Sequence record: NC_048668.1
Length of the DNA stretch: 64,000 nt
Direction: 5' to 3' (one strand)
Shown: piece after piece, positions 59,578 through 64,000 of the stretch
How the letters are laid out: each line of letters starts with the position of its first letter
Numbering within the stretch: the first letter of the stretch is position 1
Made by a program: the position numbers and the translations under genes
The notes under the pieces: generated by a model
The model's input: the letters and a program-made list of their open reading frames with translations, nothing else
Databases searched by the model: none
What the model was told of the DNA's origin: nothing

Positions 59578-60053
59578 TGGCCAGAAAAGTAGAAGTTACT
59601 TCCCTTACCGATGATGCCGGTGAACTAGCCTTAACGCTGACCTACGAAGGCCACTCGGAAACTGCGCGCTTTACCACCGAAGAGTTGAAACCTCTCGATG
59701 GATTAAAGTACGCGCTCTGCCTTTTATTTGCAGACGATTGGAAAGAAGAAGGTTTCATTCGCCGGATGCATATTACTGAGCTAGTAATCAAGTACGATAT
59801 TACTATCTCTAAAGAAGCGGAGCTTGCGGCGATCCAGTTGAACAATGGTTTCAAAGAACTCTTCCGTGAATTCCCAGGCTCCGTCGGCAGCAAAGAAGAC
59901 CGCGTTGACGCACTGATCCAGGCTATGGTGGCGGACATCAACACTCGCGCCCTGCACAATCATCAACACGGCGATCCTTGGACTCTGGAAGACTGTAAGA
60001 AAGGTGCCGACCTGGGCCGCAAAGTAGCATTTCAGTTGAAAGAACTATTGTAA
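59577..60053 (+). CDS. hypothetical protein
   Basis: TAATG coupling, SD AGGA. Confidence 0.7.
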   Translation: MARKVEVTSLTDDAGELALTLTYEGHSETARFTTEELKPLDGLKYALCLLFADDWKEEGFIRRMHITELVIKYDITISKEAELAAIQLNNGFKELFREFPGSVGSKEDRVDALIQAMVADINTRALHNHQHGDPWTLEDCKKGADLGRKVAFQLKELL

Positions 60054-60060
60054 CATAATC

Positions 60061-60086
60061 GCAGAGTACCCTTCGGGGTACTCTGC
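60061..60086 (+). terminator. intrinsic terminator (UUCG)
   Basis: GCAGAGTACCC-TTCG-GGGTACTCTGC. Confidence 0.75.
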
Positions 60087-60124
60087 TTCATCTAAAGTAA
60101 CTATTTCTTTTTTTGGAGAATTCA

Positions 60125-60770
60125 ATGAAAACTAAAGTCGAACGTATAAAGGCTGTGTGCGATAAACTGAATCCCGAAAAAGAATACTTCTTTACTGGGA
60201 TCGGTTCAACCGAAGTAACCGAAGACGAGTTCTCTTTAATGAAAATGCTCGCCTCAGTAATCTCAGTTACTTTCAGAATCGGAGTTCGTTCAGGCCGTGC
60301 TCCTGGATCAGACCAAGCCTTCCAAGCTGGCGTGGAGTATTCCAACCATAAATGTAGTTTGAACAATCTCCCCTTAGCTCCATTGGAGATTTATTTACCC
60401 TGGAAAAAGTTTGAGCTTGATAACCCGAATACCTCTAAGGATAATTCAATTTGGGAAATGGATCACTACGACAAAGCCTCAGAGATCTGCTCAACTATTC
60501 ACCCTATCTTCGACAGACTCACGGATGCCCAACGTAAGTTCCATGTACGTAACGTTTATCAGACCTTAGGTAAAGACCTAAACTCTCCGTCCCTCTTTGT
60601 GCTCTATTGTGCAGATGAGGATAAACACGGATTACCTAAGGGGGGGAACTCGCACGGCTACTAAGTTAGCAGTAGATAGAAACATTCCTGTTTTGAACAT
60701 CCGTGGTAAAACGCTAACGTTTATAATGGACTGGGTTCTAGAGATACTGGAGAGTCGGTTGTTATGTTAA
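60125..60770 (+). CDS. DprA/Smf-like SLOG-family protein; +1 frameshift near 60645
   Basis: TGIGS, RSGRAPGSD, YLPW, RN, then GGTRTATKLA...IPVLN after repair in a G run. Confidence 0.7.
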
Positions 60771-60801
60771 TTCGACAACCATGTGAAAAGGAATAACCAA
60801 A

Positions 60802-61671
60802 ATGTTAAGATCAAAAATCTTAGCGCGCTCCGCAGTCAGCAACGAAAGTTTCCTCGACTCCTTGAGAGCCAAAAAAGAACCAGAAACTAAAACGTTGCTG
60901 ACGATCCCAGAGAAGACGATCGAAGCTACCGGGTATCTGGAAAAACACAAGAACGATGTCGAGAATAAACTCGGCTCCGCTGAGTGGGTAGCTGAGCATT
61001 CCGATATCTCAACGATCAATCCGCTTTGGAGCCTGGTTCTCCTTAATGGGGAACTCCCAGAGAACATCGGTAAAGCGCTGACCGATAACTTCAAAGAAGC
61101 CATCGACTACGCCAAAGAAGGCGCGAAGGTACTCGAAGCTCGCAGTAAAGAGATCCGTGGTATCGAGAAGAAACTGGGCGAAGGCTACCAGGCCGATAAA
61201 ATCGAGAACGCTTCTGCCGCTATCCAAAGCGCCTACTCGGACATCAAATGCCCACTGGAAGGCCTTAAGTTCGACAAACCGATGCTCGGCGGTTTCGAAG
61301 TAGAGATGGACGGCACCAAACGTAAGTACAAATTCCATGACGGTAAAGTCACCCTGGAAGAACTACCTGCTGCCCAAGATATCGCCAAAGCGGTTAAAGT
61401 TGCTTTCGGTATCGTAGAAGAGGGTATGAAGTTCCTGAACGAATGGGACGACTACAAACTCTTCGACGTTCCCGGTATCGATACTTCCGAAGGTATCTGG
61501 CGCGACCAATCCGTCAAGCACAACAACAAAAAGACCCGCGAGATCTCCGACTTCATCGATAGTGAGGGTCATGTAGAAGTCGCTGAGCTGTTCTACGTAT
61601 CTCCTCTGCGTGCTGCGATTGATTCTGCGGTTGCCTTTATCCGCCTGGTCAACGACTCGAGCAAGAAGTAA
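60802..61671 (+). CDS. putative internal head protein
   Basis: N-terminal AVSNES matches the (S/A/G)-x-E prohead-protease site pattern; high-expression codons. Confidence 0.5.
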   Translation: MLRSKILARSAVSNESFLDSLRAKKEPETKTLLTIPEKTIEATGYLEKHKNDVENKLGSAEWVAEHSDISTINPLWSLVLLNGELPENIGKALTDNFKEAIDYAKEGAKVLEARSKEIRGIEKKLGEGYQADKIENASAAIQSAYSDIKCPLEGLKFDKPMLGGFEVEMDGTKRKYKFHDGKVTLEELPAAQDIAKAVKVAFGIVEEGMKFLNEWDDYKLFDVPGIDTSEGIWRDQSVKHNNKKTREISDFIDSEGHVEVAELFYVSPLRAAIDSAVAFIRLVNDSSKK

Positions 61672-61703
61672 ACCCTAATTACGGGTGGAATCCAAGTCAC
61701 GTA

Positions 61704-61711
61704 TATATTAC
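61704..61711 (+). promoter_or_regulatory. early promoter TATATTAC
   Basis: exact motif upstream of endonuclease gene. Confidence 0.65.
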
Positions 61712-61790
61712 TCTAATGTAGGGGATTAGCTACCCTCTATTAAAAATCTTAACCTTGGCTTTCTTAGCCTCCTTTGCAAAGGATTTTTAA

Positions 61791-63138
61791 ATGAGTAAAG
61801 TAATACTGGCGGAAGATTCCACCTTAATCAATAAAAGTAGTTTACTCCTGGGCCAACCCGGCCCAGGGGTTTATGACCTTCTGATGACGATTGCGATCAA
61901 CGCACTTCGTAAGCCTGAGGTCTTATTACCTGGCGCCCTGAAGGACGTCACCGAGCTTTTCAATACCGAGCGATGGGGTAAGGAGGGATCTATTCCTCTT
62001 GCCTCCCTGCCGCCTTCTATAACGTCTGTATCGGGAGCGGAATTCTCAATCAACACCAAAGAAACGATTTTCGAGGATGGCGATTACGAGAAGATCGTGG
62101 ATATAATTCCGATTGACGACTTGATGGGTGATTTCGGATTCAACCGATCTGAGGGCGCTTTCGCTGGCGTCTATATCCTGACGTTCTCGAATAAACCGAT
62201 CTCCTATATTGGATCGAGTGTAAACGTATTCAAACGTCTAAGGGAACATCGTAATAACCTGGCTGGCGATAGGCACTACAACAAGCGACTTCAGACCTTC
62301 TATAACCTGCACAAAGATGACCCTGTAGTTAGGATCAAAGTACAGGTTATTCGTACCGCTGAAACCCAGACTCCTTTCTGGTTAGAGAATGAGACTTTGA
62401 GTTACGTTAAACGTAAACAAGCCGTGTTCAATATCGGAGATACTGCTGAACTGCCTAAGCTGGGCGTTTCGGTAAGTGAGGAGACTAGGAGTAGGATGTC
62501 TGAGTCTGCCCTAGGTAAGAAACTCTCTAAGGTAACGCGGGATAAAATGGCGGCGGTTAGAAAAGGAAAGGTTAACTCTGAAGAACATGTGTTGAAAACA
62601 ACTAAAGCCCTTAGTAAGGAAATAATGGGCGACGGGATTAAGTATCCGTCTGCATCTGCAGCGGGTCGTATTTCTCGGCATCAACCAGTCTACCATCACA
62701 CGTAGATTGAGTAGTAAAGGTTATCCTGGATGGTACCTAATTGGTTCTGAGCATGACCCTGATGTTAAGTCAGGTAAAATAGAACAGACCACCGAAAAGA
62801 ACGCAGATAACTTAGGGTATCGTATTGACGGTAAAATATACTTTACCTCAACCGAAGCCGGTAATGAGCTAGGGTACTCTTCATCTACTGTTAAACGTAG
62901 AGCAGATGATCCCCGGTTCCCAACTTGGGAGAGGATTGAAATAAATGATCCAGCTAGATTAGTTAGATCAACCTCTAAAGCCGTGGTAGTCGACGGAGAA
63001 CACTTCTTGTCCTTACGTATAGCGGCAGATTCACTAGGTGTTCACCCAAGGACAATTATCGATTGGATGAACCATCCAGTTAACCATCCCAACACGTATT
63101 ATGTTGGATCGGATAAAGATCCTTTAATTAAGAAGTAG
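61791..63138 (+). mobile_element. free-standing GIY-YIG homing endonuclease with NUMOD3/NUMOD1-like repeats; +1 frameshift near 62670
   Basis: GVYILTF...YIGSS...RLREH; SEETRSRMSESALG; YPSASAAGRFLGINQSTITRRL after repair. Confidence 0.8.
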
Positions 63139-63145
63139 AACATAG

Positions 63146-63171
63146 CCAGAGTACCCCGAAGGGTACTCTGG
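63146..63171 (-). terminator. terminator between convergent genes
   Basis: CCAGAGTACCC-CGAA-GGGTACTCTGG. Confidence 0.7.
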
Positions 63172-63214
63172 ACTACTCTTCACGGTTACTTATTTTTTTT
63201 TTGGCTAGACGGGC

Positions 63215-64000
63215 CTAGAATAGGTCACGTCGCCAATTCCATTTCTCTGTCTTAACTGCCTTCCCGTGCATTGCGCTCATCATCAAACTCATGAAAACGT
63301 TACCGGTCTCGGTCGCTAATGAGCTCAGAGACTGCCTAGAATCGACGTAGCGCTCACCAAGGCACTTCACGCAGAAGTTACCATCAACTGTATTACAGAA
63401 CTGCGGAGAACGCATTACAGTAGGTTTTCCGTAAAACTGCTCAATGTTTGTTGGAGTAACCTGAACCATCTTACCATTAACAAGTGCGTATGCCCAGAGA
63501 TAGCCGGAAGCATTATCTGCATCGATGATGTGCTCGACTCCCAAGGTAGAACCGCAATCGTCTTCTGCAATGTTGGTGTTCAGGAAGAAGCGAGACAAGA
63601 ACTTCGCAGCCTCACCACCCAGCGCTGTCAAGAAGCCACGGCTGTAAGAACCATCGATAAGTGAGTTAGCCATCTGCGGTAAACGTTTGATGTCCCATTG
63701 CTCTGCCAGGGAACGATCGATAACCGTGATCTTGTTGGGATCGTTAAAGTCACGTTCGATACCGTGCATTACGTAGGACTTCATGCGCGTGATGTCAAAG
63801 TCTTTACCGTTCTTCAAGAACCCTTTCTCCGGGTCTTGATCCTGGAAGGCTTTATCCATATCTTTCAGCTCACCCATGATCTTCGCTACGACAGTTGCAT
63901 CGTGGAGTTGATCCTTGTATTGCTCCAAGAGCTCGTTACGACGCTTGATGATATTTTTATCGGTCAAGATCGTGTAAGGAGTAGCAGCAGGGGCGGCCAA
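63215..64000 (-). CDS. virion RNAP beta' C-terminal subunit (phiKZ gp80-like), 5' part outside window
   Basis: DCGSTLG, RSPQFC, CVKCLG, MSAMHG trigger-loop region motifs. Confidence 0.82.
   Translation of the reverse strand: MAAPAATPYTILTDKNIIKRRNELLEQYKDQLHDATVVAKIMGELKDMDKAFQDQDPEKGFLKNGKDFDITRMKSYVMHGIERDFNDPNKITVIDRSLAEQWDIKRLPQMANSLIDGSYSRGFLTALGGEAAKFLSRFFLNTNIAEDDCGSTLGVEHIIDADNASGYLWAYALVNGKMVQVTPTNIEQFYGKPTVMRSPQFCNTVDGNFCVKCLGERYVDSRQSLSSLATETGNVFMSLMMSAMHGKAVKTEKWNWRRDLF

Noticed and set aside
1-64000. Alternative genetic code (TAG or TGA reassignment)
   Set aside because: Core genes are open in the standard code and several end in TAG or TGA; only one internal TAG was found

Overview
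A 64-kb segment of a nucleus-forming jumbo phage (phiKZ-like, Chimalliviridae). An enterobacterial-type host is inferred from codon usage and SD motifs only. It carries the conserved core block in phiKZ-like order: PhuZ tubulin, family-B DNA polymerase, chimallin, a non-virion RNAP beta' subunit split by a 296-nt group I intron inside DFDGD, SbcD, ChmC-like, the gp68-like RNAP subunit, PicA-like, gp70-like, RNAP beta and beta' parts, and an SF2 helicase with a class-3-type LAGLIDADG intein. Accessory regions follow, with a tRNA/ncRNA island, a SNF2-like helicase, a free-standing GIY-YIG endonuclease and the 3' part of a virion RNAP beta' gene. About 15 genes, including essential ones, are broken by single-base insertions, most likely sequencing artefacts. 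The most unusual signals are non-coding: (1) a three-copy, covarying structured RNA element placed behind a shared promoter-like motif and ahead of accessory genes; (2) an array of tRNA-mimic RNAs that keep acceptor and T arms but have non-tRNA interiors; (3) two further long structured intergenic RNA candidates; (4) a CATA tetramer just 5' of most terminator-like hairpins. Family assignments come from recalled motifs and synteny, and RNA structures were paired by eye. No database search or folding was run.
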